A DNA stretch of 64,000 nucleotides from Azolla caroliniana (taxonomy: Eukaryota; Plantae; Polypodiophyta). Shown here piece by piece: positions 21,614-35,420 of this stretch (positions within the stretch are counted from its first letter, which is position 1; every line of letters starts with the position of its first letter). Under the pieces are notes generated by a model that saw only the letters and a program-made list of their open reading frames with translations, had not been told where the DNA came from and made no database searches. The DNA is taken from contig JBHGNT010000010.1 of assembly GCA_043228905.1 (NCBI GenBank), forward strand, positions 3,596,001 through 3,660,000. The letters are read 5' to 3'. The position numbers and the translations under genes were made by a program.

Positions 21614-24439
21614 TGTGAGAGGCTTGAAGAGAGAGACTATGGAAAATAATAATTACATGGAAATGCCCTTCCTCTTTCCTTCCTCCAAACAAAGTTTTTT
21701 ACAAATTCCACAATTTGCCCCTCACCTTCCTTGCCTTCCTTTCCTTTCCTTTCCTTTCCCTTCCTTTCCTTCCCAATCCGGCCGCCACGTTCTGTACCCA
21801 TCCACTCCAGGTGTCCGTCCGATCCGATCATCAAATGGGCGCCTTATCCATATATAGGCGGCCACCAATGCTCCGCTCCGTTTTCATACCCATCCCCGAC
21901 TCGCCCTCCAAAAGCGAACCGCATCATGATTCGATTCGGTGCAACCTTGTCACGCGCTTCCCTGGGTCAAATCACTGCTGATAATGGACACCCTCGATTA
22001 GCAATAATATGACCGTGGATTTCATCACTAATGCGGGCTAAGAAATGACACGGATTAGGGCTCCGTTTATCTACATTTAATCTAAGATAGATGGAAATGT
22101 TTGGTCCAAAACTTAAACAAAAGCGTTGTGTCTACATACATCCGCAATTCAATGCCTGTCATGCCTTTGATTTACAAAATAAAACATCCAGTTTAGTTAT
22201 TTATCTTTAAACCATACTAATTTACAACCAAGACATCTTAGCTTCGATAATAACCATAAATCCTCAAATCTACAAGCCTTCATAAAACAAATGCTTCTCG
22301 GAACAATACATATATTCTCTCAATCTCTCTTACATGGGCACTTTTTAGAAGTATCACATTCAAATAAACTTCACAAAAGAGAGGTTTTTTTTTATCTATA
22401 CGTCGTATGAGCTTCAATTTGGGCAAGCTACGATAGGAATTGAATCTTGCAACAAGACAAATAATGTCATATAAAAACTAAACAACATGCATAAACATTT
22501 ATAATAAAAAAATGTTTTTTGTAACTGGTTGCCAAAATGCTTTTATAATAAAAGTGATTCGTTCTTTGTCATCATGAGATGAAGTTGAGTGATTGTGTAC
22601 ATGTGATGTCAATACCAACAATATTAATGCAGATATATGATATCGACACAATCATGAGATTAATTTATGGTCGAAGATGAAGCAAGTGATAATTGAGCAA
22701 CATTGGCGCACGCTTTTATGAAATTGTTCGCCATGCATTAAAAGATGTTGACATGATATGGCGTGTGCAAAGGGAGAAAAGCACCAAAAAGTCAAGTTTT
22801 ACAATAGGTTGAGATTTTGGTCGAAGTGATCACCAAAAGAAAAAGAAGAAGAAGATTCAAATAACAACAAAGCATCGCGCAAATGGTAAGTGCCAGGTCA
22901 AGGGTTTAATTGTTGTTGAAGACAACAATGGTGAAAAGGTGATCTACAAAGCATAAGTGACGATCATGAAACGTACGATAGAAACAACATATTCATGAGC
23001 ATTTTGTCGAAACAAGGTGTTGATGCAAGGATCTGAACAAGCACATGCTCAAAAGGAAAAGCTGCGATGCAGGTTAAAAATAGATAATATTATTTTAATC
23101 ATACAAATGAGCTCATTGTTAGGTTGCCAAAGCGCCTAGGCTTGTTGACCAGGGTAGTGAATCACGAAAGTCCATGGGAGGCCTACATCAACCACGTGGC
23201 TTCGTTGTTGATCATTAACTCACCACACCAAAACTCAAGGATACCTCCCCACAAATCCTTCTCACACCAGGATGCCAAAACTGTTGGATACTCCCCAAGA
23301 AAGCCTTCTCTCACCATACGTAAAGGGAACTCATTTTCCCTCAACTAAAGAACTTCAAGGCTATTTGTCAATACTTTGGCAAGAGACAATATTCAAATTC
23401 CTACTTCCAAATAAATGGAGCCACTGTTGTTGTAGTCCTTACAAATTTGTTAGGGAAAATCAAAGCATCGAATTTTGTTTTTTTTTTCTTTTGAGGAAAA
23501 GTGAAGAAGGTTGGGCAACCCATTGAGGTTGGGATTTCAATTCATCTTTAAGCTAGCCCTCGCTTAATTGTATTTAGGCAAAACCCCTCAAATTCGCCTC
23601 TACGAATCCCTTATTTGTCCCTAGGTTGAGTCTCCTAAATCAAACCTAGGAACCCCCTTGAATCAATTGACGACCAATTTGGGACCGATCCTAAATCAAT
23701 TGACATATTGCTACCATATCCCCTTAAAGTTGGCAAGTAATAGACAACTACTTGTCAATGAGAAAACAAAGGAGTAGGCAACGAGTCTATAACCTGTCGG
23801 TATGACACTTGTTGTCATAGCCATTTCTCATCGTCATTCCCCAACCCACGACGCTAAGCCTACCCCCCAACAAACCTTACCCACGACCCACCAGGTAGGA
23901 GAGGGAGGGAACTTTATGTTCTCAAAATATCCTATAATATCAATAAATTACAAGCTTCACTACACTTCCTCACCCCTAATTATCGAACAAACATTGAAAA
24001 AAACCACAAATGCGCATACACATTACATTCACCCCTATTTCTAACGCACGTAACCACCCAAATATTAGCACATTCATATGCATATAAGGAGCTAGGAGGA
24101 GTCTATAAGAGATAAGAATCATATAAACAAATAAGTATAGCTCAAGTAGTAAGAGCTAACCATTGGAATGGTAAATGGGATAAGGGTGATCTATAGTGCA
24201 CAATATATGGGAATGAAGTACGTGGTAAAAACAAGAATGTGATAGTTGAGTGTCAAGGTGAATTGCTACAAAACTAGATGGAGATCGCGGGATTCAGGAT
24301 TGGATGTTACAAAAAGGGAACATTGTTATTCCAATGCATAACATCACAACACATTCAGTGTATATGTTGTTGCAACCTGTCCCATAGTTTCACGAACATG
24401 CAAATGCATTATGGAACCTACACAAAACACAATCTTGGT

Positions 24440-25090
24440 GGAAAAACAAGCCTACAAGCTTATGGAGCTTTGGTCAAGCTTATGGAGCTTTGGTCAAGCT
24501 TATGGAGCTTTGGTCTTCCACTTAAACAATGGGTTTTCCTATGGAGATGCCTATTGGGTGTGCTCCCGACTGGGTTGAATATTCAAAAGAGATCGATAAC
24601 CTCACCGCATGGTGCAAGATGTGGTGGACGATTGGAAACGGTCCCACACTTATTTTGGACATGCTCATTCACTACAACATTTGTACAAAGTCTAAGTAAG
24701 TGCATCTCTTTATCACAGATTTCCTGGCTGAAGGTTTGGTAAACACTTTTGGCTATTTGGACAAATTATGTGCCCTATCCAACAATGCCAATTTTCTCTA
24801 ATGGACACAATTTTGGGCACTATGGACCATTTGGACAACCCGCAATAATAAGGTTTTTGATCAAAATCAACTGCATGAAGTTAGCTTCTTTAAGCAAACC
24901 CTCAGGCAATCTCTATTTAATTGTCTACAACTTGGAGACATCACACTGCAAATTTACAATCTTTACTTTGAGTGCTTTTAAGCTCTTTAGTGGCTAATCG
25001 ACACTTGTATATTTTTCTTTATTCTTTGTGGGTTTTCACCTCACTTTGAGGTTTCCCACTAGTAATAAAAGTGTTACTGAAAAAAAAAAA
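24440..25090 (+). mobile_element. 5'-truncated L1-type LINE 3' end (zf-RVT region plus poly-A tail)
   Basis: LWSFGLPLKQWVFLWRCLLGVLPTGLNIQKRSI..RCGGRLETVPHLFWTC is the zf-RVT pattern; AATAAA at 25063 followed by an A-run at 25080-25091; 20-bp unit repeated three times near the 5' end. Confidence 0.8.
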
Positions 25091-25659
25091 ATTGCTACAA
25101 AAAGAAAACTTGCTATTTTGGTAAAGGGAGAGTTTGAAGTCTATAAAAGGAGAGGAGAGCTCATTGCCAGGGATCAACATTTTGGGAAACATGCCCGCCC
25201 AAGTTTCGTCATTGAACTCTTATCCAAACATAACATGCATTAAACTTTTTTTTCTTCTTCAAAGATTTTCTTCAAAAAACACCCAAAGGCTACAACTTGA
25301 GCTTGTTTGCCCAGAAGCTTACAATTTTATTTATTTATTTATTTCCAAAACAAAATATACTTTTTATACCAAGCATCATATGCATGTGAATCATCACCAT
25401 TGCTCCCAACATGTTAGGAATAACTAAAATCCAGCTCCCAAAGTGAGAGTTTCCCTTCCTTATCTCTCAAGAAAAACAATATTATGAGCAGTAGATCCAC
25501 CATATTGTGATGCCAATGCATCTCCCATATTTTGATACATATCCATCAAAACATATGTTATACTGTTGTGTGAATCAATCCTTGGGAATATCTGACAGAC
25601 CCAAGGAAAATAATTGATAACCTAAGGCAGCCAAGCCACAAGCATATTGAGCAACATCC

Positions 25660-26830
25660 TGATAAAAAAACAGGAAACCAGCTTCCTCAAGGCCACATCA
25701 ACCATCTCGATGTCGCCGATTATCACCAAAATCTTGTACATCAATAGTCTCACCAGCTCGTCGATTACGACCAAAATCCTGTATTAACAACCACAAATGA
25801 GTCTAAAAAAACTTTTCCTCACCTCCTCATGATAATATGCTTCAAACCCCACACCGTCATCACTCATCCTGATCAAAAAATAGGAAATTAGGTTCCTCAA
25901 GTCCACATCAACCATCTCGTTGTCGCCGATTATCACCAAAATCTTGTACCTACAAAAACAACATGAGTGTACTCTCCACCTCTCCTCATGAAAATATGCT
26001 TCAACCCCCACCAACATCATCATTCATCCTTATCTAAACCAAAAATATGCTTCATTGTCCGCATTAACCATCTCGGAGATTACCGCGAAAATCGTCTTAC
26101 ATCAATAGTCTCACCATCTCGCCGATTACCACCCAAAACTTGTACTAATAACAAAAAATGAGTCTAAAAAAACTTTTCCTCACCTCCTCATGATAATATG
26201 CTTCAACCCCCACACCATCATTACTCATCCTAATAAAAAAACAAAAAATTAGTTTCCTCAAGTCCACATAACCATCTCACCATCGTCGATTATCACCAAA
26301 ATCTTGTACCAACAAAAACAACATGAGTGTACTCTCTACCTCACCTCATGAAAATTTGTGTCAACCCCCACCAACATCATCACTCATCCTTCCCTAAACT
26401 AAAAAATATGTTTCATTGTATGCATCAACCATCTCGAAGATTACCGTGAAAATCGTCTTTCATCAATAGTCTCACCATCTCGCCGATTACCACCAAAATC
26501 CTGTACTGACAACAACAAATGAGTCTAAAAAAACTCTCTCACCTCCTCATGATAATATGCTTCAACCCCCACACCATCATTACTCATCCTAATCAAAAAA
26601 CAAAAAATCAGCTTTCTCAAGTCTACATCAACCATCTCATCGTCGCCGATTATAATTTATCACCAAAATCTTGTACCTACAAAAACAACATGAGTGTACT
26701 CTCTACTTCTCCTCATGAAAATTTGTTTCAACCCCCGCCAACATCATCGCTCATCCTTATATAAACTAAAAAATATGCTTCATTGCCCGCATCAACCATC
26801 TCAGAGATTACTGCCAAAATCGTCTCCATT
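25660..26830. repeat. Tandem array of ~360-bp units (about three copies), each a dimer of diverged monomers
   Basis: Marker ACATGAGTGTACTCT at 25961, 26321, 26688; marker AATGAGTCTAAAAAAAC at ~25796, 26157, 26518. Confidence 0.9.
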
Positions 26831-28544
26831 CCTATATGCCGCAACCACCTCCTCCATCTTAACTCATGTTCTTAACTACGTCCACTTAACATCAGCACAT
26901 ACTTCTAGCATGATATGAATGATGACTAGACTCATTGAATTCTCCTTCTTTTTCGATTAGCTTGCAATTTTTTATGTACAATGATGTACAGTAATCTTAA
27001 GACCAATGGTAAGACCAAAGATAGGACTTTGTAGAAGGTGTTATGATTTGTTGTTGCACACTGCCATGATTTACTGATATTCAAGAGGGTCCATGGAAGT
27101 CGATAGTGCCGTTAAGGCCCTTTAGTTGACTCCGTAAACAGGGGCAACTTTTTCCATGAGTGAAGAAGCTTCTTCCTTCTCTTATTCACAGTCTTTGGGG
27201 AACCATGCATATTGTCATACTAGCCACGGACTACGGCCAACAAGTTCTCCTACGTCTCAAGCAAGACATCTGAGAGATGTTGATATGCCGCATCATAAAG
27301 TTGGTTGCATCGACATTTCCATAATGCCCATAACGTTATCGTAGTCACTATTTTCCAAAGCTAGACAGATCGCACATGCTTTCGAGGTTGCTGAAAGGGG
27401 CTAACTAATATCAATCTTCTATTATGTACCATCATTGCCTTCTAAACACCGTCTGCCTCATACAACATCAAGCTAGAATGTATGCATTAAACATATTACA
27501 CCCACACTCATGCACTAAGATACACCCTTTGACATATACATTCACATAAACACTATTACATATTTGTCACATGAACACAAATGAATGTGTCATCTCAAGG
27601 TGCACAACACCAAGATCATGTCTATTGGTTGACGAAGTTTTACCTCCACGTTGATGTTGTGAACCAAAGGATTCAGATCACAATTGTCACAAAATAATGC
27701 GCGTGTATGAATGTGAGGGGGGCCATTGGAGACCTAAACTAGAGAGGATGGGAATGTTGAGACTTCGAGGATAGAGTGTTCAATGATGTCAATGGTTTCT
27801 CAAAGAGTAAATTCATTTCATTGGACTTCTAATGAGAGTGTAAGCTTTCATGCAGGTGTATATAAATTTAATTATGAAAATATTTGTGACTGTGTATATG
27901 CATTGAGCTCAAACGTAAGGATGTGAATGCATATGTTGACGTGAGTAAGTGAATGTATTAGAGAAATGATTGACTAGGTGACATGGCAGGTGTGGTTAGT
28001 TCGTGCCGGGTGACGTCAGCTAATGTCACCTGCCAGCATGGCGTGGAGTACCAAGGATAAGGGAAGCATCGATGACTAGAATTACAACAACATAAGGTAT
28101 AACGATGGATCAAAAAACAAGTAATGAACGGTCAAGGCATGGACATTGTATAACGTGCGTTAGTAGACAATACAACAAACCTTTGCAACCAATAGTAGAC
28201 GTCGGCAACATGAGCGATTGGTGATCTAAGGAATCCTTCGATCAAAGGCAAACAAGAATCGAGCTTAGCCTTTGAATAAAGGTTAGAGTCAAGGGAAATT
28301 CTTCAATTGAAGGCTATCGTCTAGGATAACCCTTCCCTTTGAAGGCTAGACTCAAGGGTAGCCTTGAGTCGAAGGCTTAAGGTCTTCAAAAATTATAAAT
28401 TTCTCCCTTCCTTTGTTTGAGGAAAAACTTTCCCCAAATTTGTGATTTTTCCTCCTCTTCGAACATCGTCCAATGAATGGGACACCGGATTTAGTTGGTG
28501 TAGCTTCGACTCTTATAGTTGGTGTAGCTTTGACTTCCTCGTAA

Positions 28545-28830
28545 AGAAATGGATCTTCTTGAGGTTGCCCTGGCCTTCTTTCAACGTTTTTGCCTCTCGA
28601 ATGTAGCCAAGTATGTGATCATGAATGCATGATGCTAGGTAGTATAGTACACGACTCGCCACTTGCTCCTAAGCTGGGTAGTCGGCATGTGCCGGGTTGG
28701 GTTGATTTTCTTGAGTTCCTTCGACATAGCTCCAATATCCTTGGTTGACAAGGTATTGGTGCATTTTGTATTCCCAATATGCAAAGTTCGATGTGTCGAG
28801 TTTCTCGGTGGGAAGAGCGCTTCCCATCTA
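28545..28830 (-). mobile_element. Ty1/copia gag N-terminal fragment
   Basis: Minus translation MGSALPTEKLDTSNFAYWEYKMHQYLVNQGYWSYVEG..A*EQVASRVLYYLASCIHDHILGYIREAKT matches the copia gag start pattern (KL..SN...W...M..YL...G.W..V.G). Confidence 0.78.
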
Positions 28831-28938
28831 AGTGTTCATGGTGTCATTTTCTTCTCCGTTGTTGAATCGGTTCTGTTTGATTCTCAACATTCCTACTCAA
28901 TAGTTGGAATCACGCTATCACAGATTTCCGTGAGCGTG

Positions 28939-29914
28939 TGTTGAAACGAGGTGGGACCACCGGGGTCTCGGACCAAGGAGCCGATGAGAAAAGATGGTTG
29001 TCCAAACCGGATTCCAGACGCATATCCGAACCGGTTCGATCCCCGGATGTCGGACAGTGAGCGCAGGGGCTCAGAGATGTATGTTGCTTCAGACCAGTTG
29101 ACGGATAGCAACGAGGAGCTCACAAGCTCACGCACATGGAAACACGCGCTCAAACAAGAATAGAACATACACAAGAAGACGGAGAGACATTGCAAGATTA
29201 ATGATTAACCGAGGGAAATAGGAAATTACAATTGGCTCGACCATCAGTAGAGCTTCAAACTCTTCATGTGTATGCACACACTCAGAACAACGGGCCTCCG
29301 GTCGGGAGCTCACGGGTTTCCTACGCGAGCAGATGACTCCGCCTTCTTCCGGGAATCAGCACAGAATAGAAAATGGAGGGAATGTCAGGGCTTGGATCTC
29401 AAACCAACAACACTTTGTTCTCCTCCAACGCGGATGCCTCTCTACATCTGGCTGTTAAGGCAACCACTTTTCTCTCAAATTTTCCCTTTATTCTCTCCCT
29501 TAAGTACCCTTTTATTCCTCTATTCGTGTGACCATAAAGTAACTATCAAATCCTTACTACCTAGTATTCCTCAACACTCAACTATTACTATGTTATTTAC
29601 ACACGTTTGTACACTAAAACCTATTTCATGTGCATCCGTGCACACCCCCATTCACACGCTCTCCGGCTCCCTTTTTCACAGTAGCCGGAATTCCCCACGA
29701 CAACGCTCCGAAAATTCCCTCATGATCATTGCCACAAATGAGTTCATGATGAGTTTTCACAAATCTACTCTAAATTCGCATAAGTTTACACTTCACCTCA
29801 GATTTTTGAGCCAAATTTTTTGTCGTGTTTCTCGTTCGATCATGAATAAATTTCAAGAAAGGATTTGGACAAAATAATTACTTGTGAATAATAAAATAAT
29901 ATATTACATTAATG
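28939..29914. mobile_element. Solo-LTR-like segment related to 47526-48750
   Basis: Begins TGTTG; non-coding; shares CACGACAACG..CCGA and terminal TATTACATTAATG with the 47526-48750 element. No TSD found. Confidence 0.5.
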
Positions 29915-30692
29915 TTCCCCATTTGAATAGATACAATTAGGTAATTTTGATTCCATTACATGGAATAACTTATGAGGTAGAATGATGTAAGAGAATATTT
30001 ATTTACGAGTAGAGCTTTGGTGCAACAAACGACAACAACTTCATTGCCTCTTGACATTGTTGGTCTTGCATCCCTCTTGCATGCCCTCTTGATTTGCAAC
30101 CCTGAGTTTGTCTCGTGCCCTTTTGTCATACCTTTGCCCTATCCTTCAATTTTTTATATACTTTAAGACTAATGCATTTCTTGTTGTAGTTCCCCAAATC
30201 GCGGTCACACCATATACCCTATTGGTAGTAAACCAAGCAAGAGTGGTTCTCAATCACTCGTGAGCCTCTCGTTGTGCAACCCTAACATCACAAACTCTCA
30301 GTCACACTTCTTCTTTTTCTTTTTCTTTTTAAGAAGGTTCACCTTGGTATTAATGGAAAGATGTCGAAAGGCTACAACGAATTCATACAATATATTACAA
30401 CCCTCATATCCACATCAACAACATGTCAAGTATCAAAAGCCCTCATGTAGGGTTGTTCCAAGATGGGGGGTTGGAAAAAGCCATCTTGGTGGAGCATATC
30501 TCCACTTCATTCTTTCTCCAAAAGAGGTGAAGACCTCAACGTTTTTCCAAAATTCTCGAAACTATTGTTGTTTACGAATCACAACCTTAGGCTCACCAGT
30601 TCTTGAAACTTCTTCAATGTTTACTTTTAATTAAGCTCTAAGAAGAGTTTAAAAGTACACATATACATATGAATAAAGACATACAATATAAG

Positions 30693-31485
30693 TGTTAATG
30701 TTGAACTTGTCTTGATTAATATAAGGGTTCTGAAAACACAAACAAAATGAGAGGTGATTAAGGTATGGGTCATTTTTTATTATGCTTAATCACTCTACTA
30801 AGTTAAGGGAAAGATTAAGGAAGGGGCATGATAGAGCTCAAGCTTAGGTTATACAAGGAGAGAAAAACTCAAGAGAGAACAAGAGCTCCAAAAGTCACCA
30901 AAAGTGACGTTTATAGCGTTTTATAATGAGGTTTGGTCTTTTTCACGTTGGGGACCGGGGTGATCCTTTAGCCTAGAGCTTTGAAGGGACTTTTGTTCTA
31001 TTCTCTCTAATGTTTTGTTGAGCTCGGTACCTATGTTAATCTTGATGTCTTCATGAATCATGTTGCATAGAACGGTTATTTAACAACCAACAGATACAAT
31101 TGATCGTTTTAAACCACTCATGTCTCTTAGGAACCTTTATTGACAAACTACTTTCCCTATTTCAAGTTCCTGGTGGTCCTTCTCACATTTTATACACATG
31201 CATGTAAGTTAACGACAATGTGTAAATGTGTACACACAAATTGGGAAGCTATAATTACACACAACCACACTACTTTACCCATATACGTGCATAGATGGAT
31301 TTACATGATTAAGCACTTGGGTTAGCATGAATAATAAATAATTGAAGCATGATGTTCAACCCTTTGTATTTCTTTAGATTTAATTTTATGTGATCAAGAC
31401 TATTTTATGACTTCGTTTGATTATAAGTTAAATTTTGAGGAGACTTAGGGTTAGAATTAAAAGTTTGGGCTAGTGGTGATTAACA
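30693..31485. mobile_element. Possible solo LTR
   Basis: TGTTAAT...ATTAACA inverted termini around ~790 bp of non-coding sequence; flanks (ATAAG/TTCCT) do not form a TSD. Confidence 0.35.
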
Positions 31486-34254
31486 TTCCTCTCGTGACTA
31501 AAAAACCATTGACACTTAATCATTCTCATGATGCCGACAATATGATAGACATTGATGCATTCCCCATCTCACAATCTCAATGTAGAGAAAGAGCTCCACC
31601 ATAAAAGATGTGTGTCTCAGGGAAATCTCTCTCTCTCTCTCTCTCTCCCACTCTTGTATTGGATGCGATTGTTTTCATTTAGTTAATAAGAGTTTGTTGG
31701 TGGTATGTAGTTTTCTTTTGGTATTCTTTACTTACTCAAGTGATTATTTAGTTTTGAGAATATAGATTAAGTCTCTTTGCAAGCATGTATAATTGGCTAT
31801 TTAAGGTGCTTGAGTCAATGTGAGATTATAGTTCCCTAGGTGAACTAGTTCACCCCATTAGTACACACACAATTGACACCCATTATCATTTGTCTTGCCA
31901 ATGATATGGTGTTTTGCCAATCTAAAATTCGTAGCATCAAATAGACAAGGCATAATTATCAACCCTTTTACTGCACATACGTATTCACCCCTAGCCACAT
32001 TTGCTCATGCACAAAGCACATGTGAACATTACGAATGCTTGAACATCCTCCCTATCATTGTTGGTATCTTAAGAAAAATACTTTCAATCTATGCATATTT
32101 CTTGCAAATATTTGGGTTTAAGGAGAACCACACATCAATCTATTTTTTGCCTCCCTTAGAGCTACTGTTTGCTTTACAAAAACAACTTCAACATTAGGAT
32201 TAATATTCGTCAACTATAAAAACATAAGCTGCCAAGAAATGGTGATTGAGTGCAATGAAAAGACTTTGAAAATATCCATCAACTATAAAAAAATTAAGAT
32301 GCCAAGCAATGGTGATTGAGTGCAATGAATATCCTTTGAATTAGCAAACACTTTAAGTACATAGTGCCATGCATTTAACTACATGTTCGTGATTACATGT
32401 GTGTTATCTTCTCTAACTCTCAATGTTTGCTCTTCAAAATTAGCTCAATAAATAGCATTATTGCAGCTTGTTTCCTTTAACACATTGACTTCAAGAATGC
32501 ATGTGTTTTCATCCACCGTCTCCAAACCCATTAGCAACCTTATTGTCACTTGATTTAGAAAATCCCAAACATAGAACATCCTAGCACGAGAAATATTCAA
32601 ACTTCTCCACATTTGTTTGTTCAATTTCAACTTTGTGATCCACAAAATTGTTGATTGTGACATCTCCTAACTTTGATCCTCCCAAATATGTGTATGTTCT
32701 TCTTTTCTTTCTTTTTTCCAAAAAATATGTGTATGTTCTTCGGTTCAACATCTTTCAAATTGTAGTAATTCAATTTCATTGTCCATATAGACAATGTCCT
32801 CCGTATGAAAACGAAGCGTCGAGTGCAAAACTTGAATAAAAAACTCATAATAGAAGAAATTAAAATCCTTGTTGGAGATGTTTTAGAGCTTGCTCTCGAA
32901 ATTGCTCAAATTCTTCCAACCATCTTTCTAAATCATCCACACCTTCATGCTAATGATGTTCTCCCTCACATGAAGTAGATGTGAGATCAAACCATCCATA
33001 TTAATTGTTCATAGAAGTTGAAAAGAACTTTGAAATGGTTGGAGACAATATTTGATAAGGTAATCCACGATTCACTCGTAATCGTTGATGTAAATACCAT
33101 CATGCGATCAATTAACAACTCTCATGTAATTTTGGATAGATTCTTGTACAGTTCAACAAAAGTTATTAGCATAATGAGCTTAATTTTGAGATCACAAGGC
33201 CTTGCTTAAAGTTAACACTAAAAGAAAATGAATTGATTACATCGATAAAAGAAAGGTAATAACTCGTAAAATGGAATGGAACAAGCATTGAAACATATTT
33301 AAAATATTTGAAAATACCAAGAGAAATGAGGACATGCATTGTGGAAGTTGCAAGAACCAAATATAACATGTCAACCATTACCATCTACACCACACACACT
33401 TTGTGTTGTGGCCCTCTTAATTAATTGTTCAATTGAAGAGGTTTTTTGTATGATGTTGATTTTCTCCTCCCTTATTTAATGTTTATATGTGAGTTGAAAA
33501 GTCTCTAAACCCATTATTAACATTTCTTCTTTATTAACATCTAAGTCTAAAGACAAGTAGTGGGTAATTGTGAATCCTCGAGTTGTGCTTTATATCTCGA
33601 AGGCACATGCATGTGCTCACATTCACACATGCCATCTATCAGACCTAGTAGCCCAACACACACAAACACATCGCTATATGCTTGCACATACATGCCACCT
33701 ACTAACTTATATGGATCACATTGGTCATCTTAAAGCAAAGATGCATTGACAAATTAGAAAAAAGGAGGATGAGAAAAAATAAATTTATCAACTTTAAAGG
33801 GAAATGTTCTCTGCCATAAAAGAATAAGTTAGAGCATGGCATTGATGAAAGGCAAGTATGACTCGATGCATATGGTCGAGTAGTCACTCTCACAGTGACT
33901 TGACCGATGAAATCCTACTAGATACGGTCACGAGACATTATCTTCCTTGATTATGAGTTTCTCATAACTCTCACTCTTAACACTCAAAACCTGAACAATC
34001 ACAGAGATAGACCTCTCTCATCTCACATATAGACAAAGCAAATTCCTTTGACAAATGACTCTTACAACACCATTCTCTCTCATTGTGCACATAAAATGCC
34101 ACTTACGGTAAGAAATCTTATTAGGACGAAGGTTTACATCGAATTCCACGCGGAGAATGTCATTAACTTGGATATGTGCTCATAAGAGTTCATGGGAGGT
34201 TCAATGTGTTCTCACGAATGCCACTTAACAAGATAAGAAAACACATAAAATGCG

Positions 34255-34545
34255 AATCAGAATTGAGTATATGGGCAGAGCGAAATTGCTGTCGTTCAAC
34301 TGGACAAGCAAGATTTCGAAAGGGGTTCACATCTTTGGATCACTTTTTGACCCTCCAAGCCCTTATTGAGGAGAGCATAGCCCCATAATAAGAGGATCGA
34401 TTGTTTCTTTGTGGATTTCCGAATAGCCCTTGACACTATGCCACGTGCTCGACTTATGCAATGGTTAGAAGCCCTTGGTGTTCCTACACATATGCAATGG
34501 GAATCTATGCACTCTATGAATCAATGTCAAGAAAAGTGCGGTCCA
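34255..34545 (+). mobile_element. LINE (RTE-like) reverse-transcriptase fragment
   Basis: ELSIWAERNCCRSTGQARFRKGFTSLDHFLTLQALIEE ... VDFRIALDTMPRARLMQWLEALGVP corresponds to the non-LTR RT motifs Q.GFR...DH and DF.KAFD.V; contains stops and frameshifts. Confidence 0.82.
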
Positions 34546-35420
34546 CTTGGACATCACACCAAGATTGGAGTTTATATTGAATGCCACACGGATCATATTG
34601 CTAACATGGATTTGCTTATGAGAGAACCTATGGGAGGTCCGATCCCGTGTTCAAGGATGCATCCGATCCCATGAAACGAATTGATCAACCATCGACGATT
34701 AGTGAGTCGTTTCAATTTCAAGTCGAGGTGGAGAGGCACACATGTTGTCCACTGGTTACATGCATGCAGTCCACACGAAAGATACAATACATGGTCATAT
34801 TGTTCGATGGCCCATGTGTAGTCCAAGGCGAGCAAGTCGGGGCCGATGTCCAAGTGACAATAGGCCCCAATCAATACCAATGCATGCAGAGGTGTGTGGA
34901 GGGGGGGGGGGGGGTTCGGTTGGGTGAAAGGGTGTCGATTAGCCTGTCCGCCATACTGCCATATTGTATCGTATGGTACCGTACACAATTGGAACCATGT
35001 CCGCCTGCCCTGCCCTGCCCTGCTCTACCCGCCCGCCCGCCCGCCACGCCACGATATGTGTGTTTTTTTGTTGGCTCTGGTCCTTGAGACATTCAGCCAC
35101 ACAAAGAAGAAGAAGAAGAAGAAGAAGAAGAAGAAGAAGAAGAAGAGAAGAGAAGAAGAAGAAGAAGAGAAGAAGAAGAAGTGTATCCAAGAATAATGGT
35201 GGCTTCATTCTCATTCATTTTTTCTTACTTTTACTGAGAGAGAGAGAGAGAGAGAGAGCTATGGTGTCTTCTTCCATACAGTGAAGGAGACAGCAACAAA
35301 AATAAAGAAGAGAGAGCTATTTATATATTTATTTTCTCCCCTGCGGATCGATCCAGTAGATCAGATCTGTGCAGAGGTAACCCCAAAAGAGCAGTTTTGA
35401 TCAGATCCCATCGCATCGAT

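Noticed and set aside
25660-26830. Possible CRISPR-like or coding repeat
   Set aside because: Whole units repeat with no unique spacers, the context is eukaryotic, and the reading frames are interrupted.
30330-33400. Coding-looking minus-strand stretches
   Set aside because: Probably very old TE remnants; no motif I could assign with confidence.
34871-35284. Poly-K, poly-R and poly-L ORFs upstream of SAR1
   Set aside because: Translations of a (GAA)n tract and GC-rich promoter repeats.
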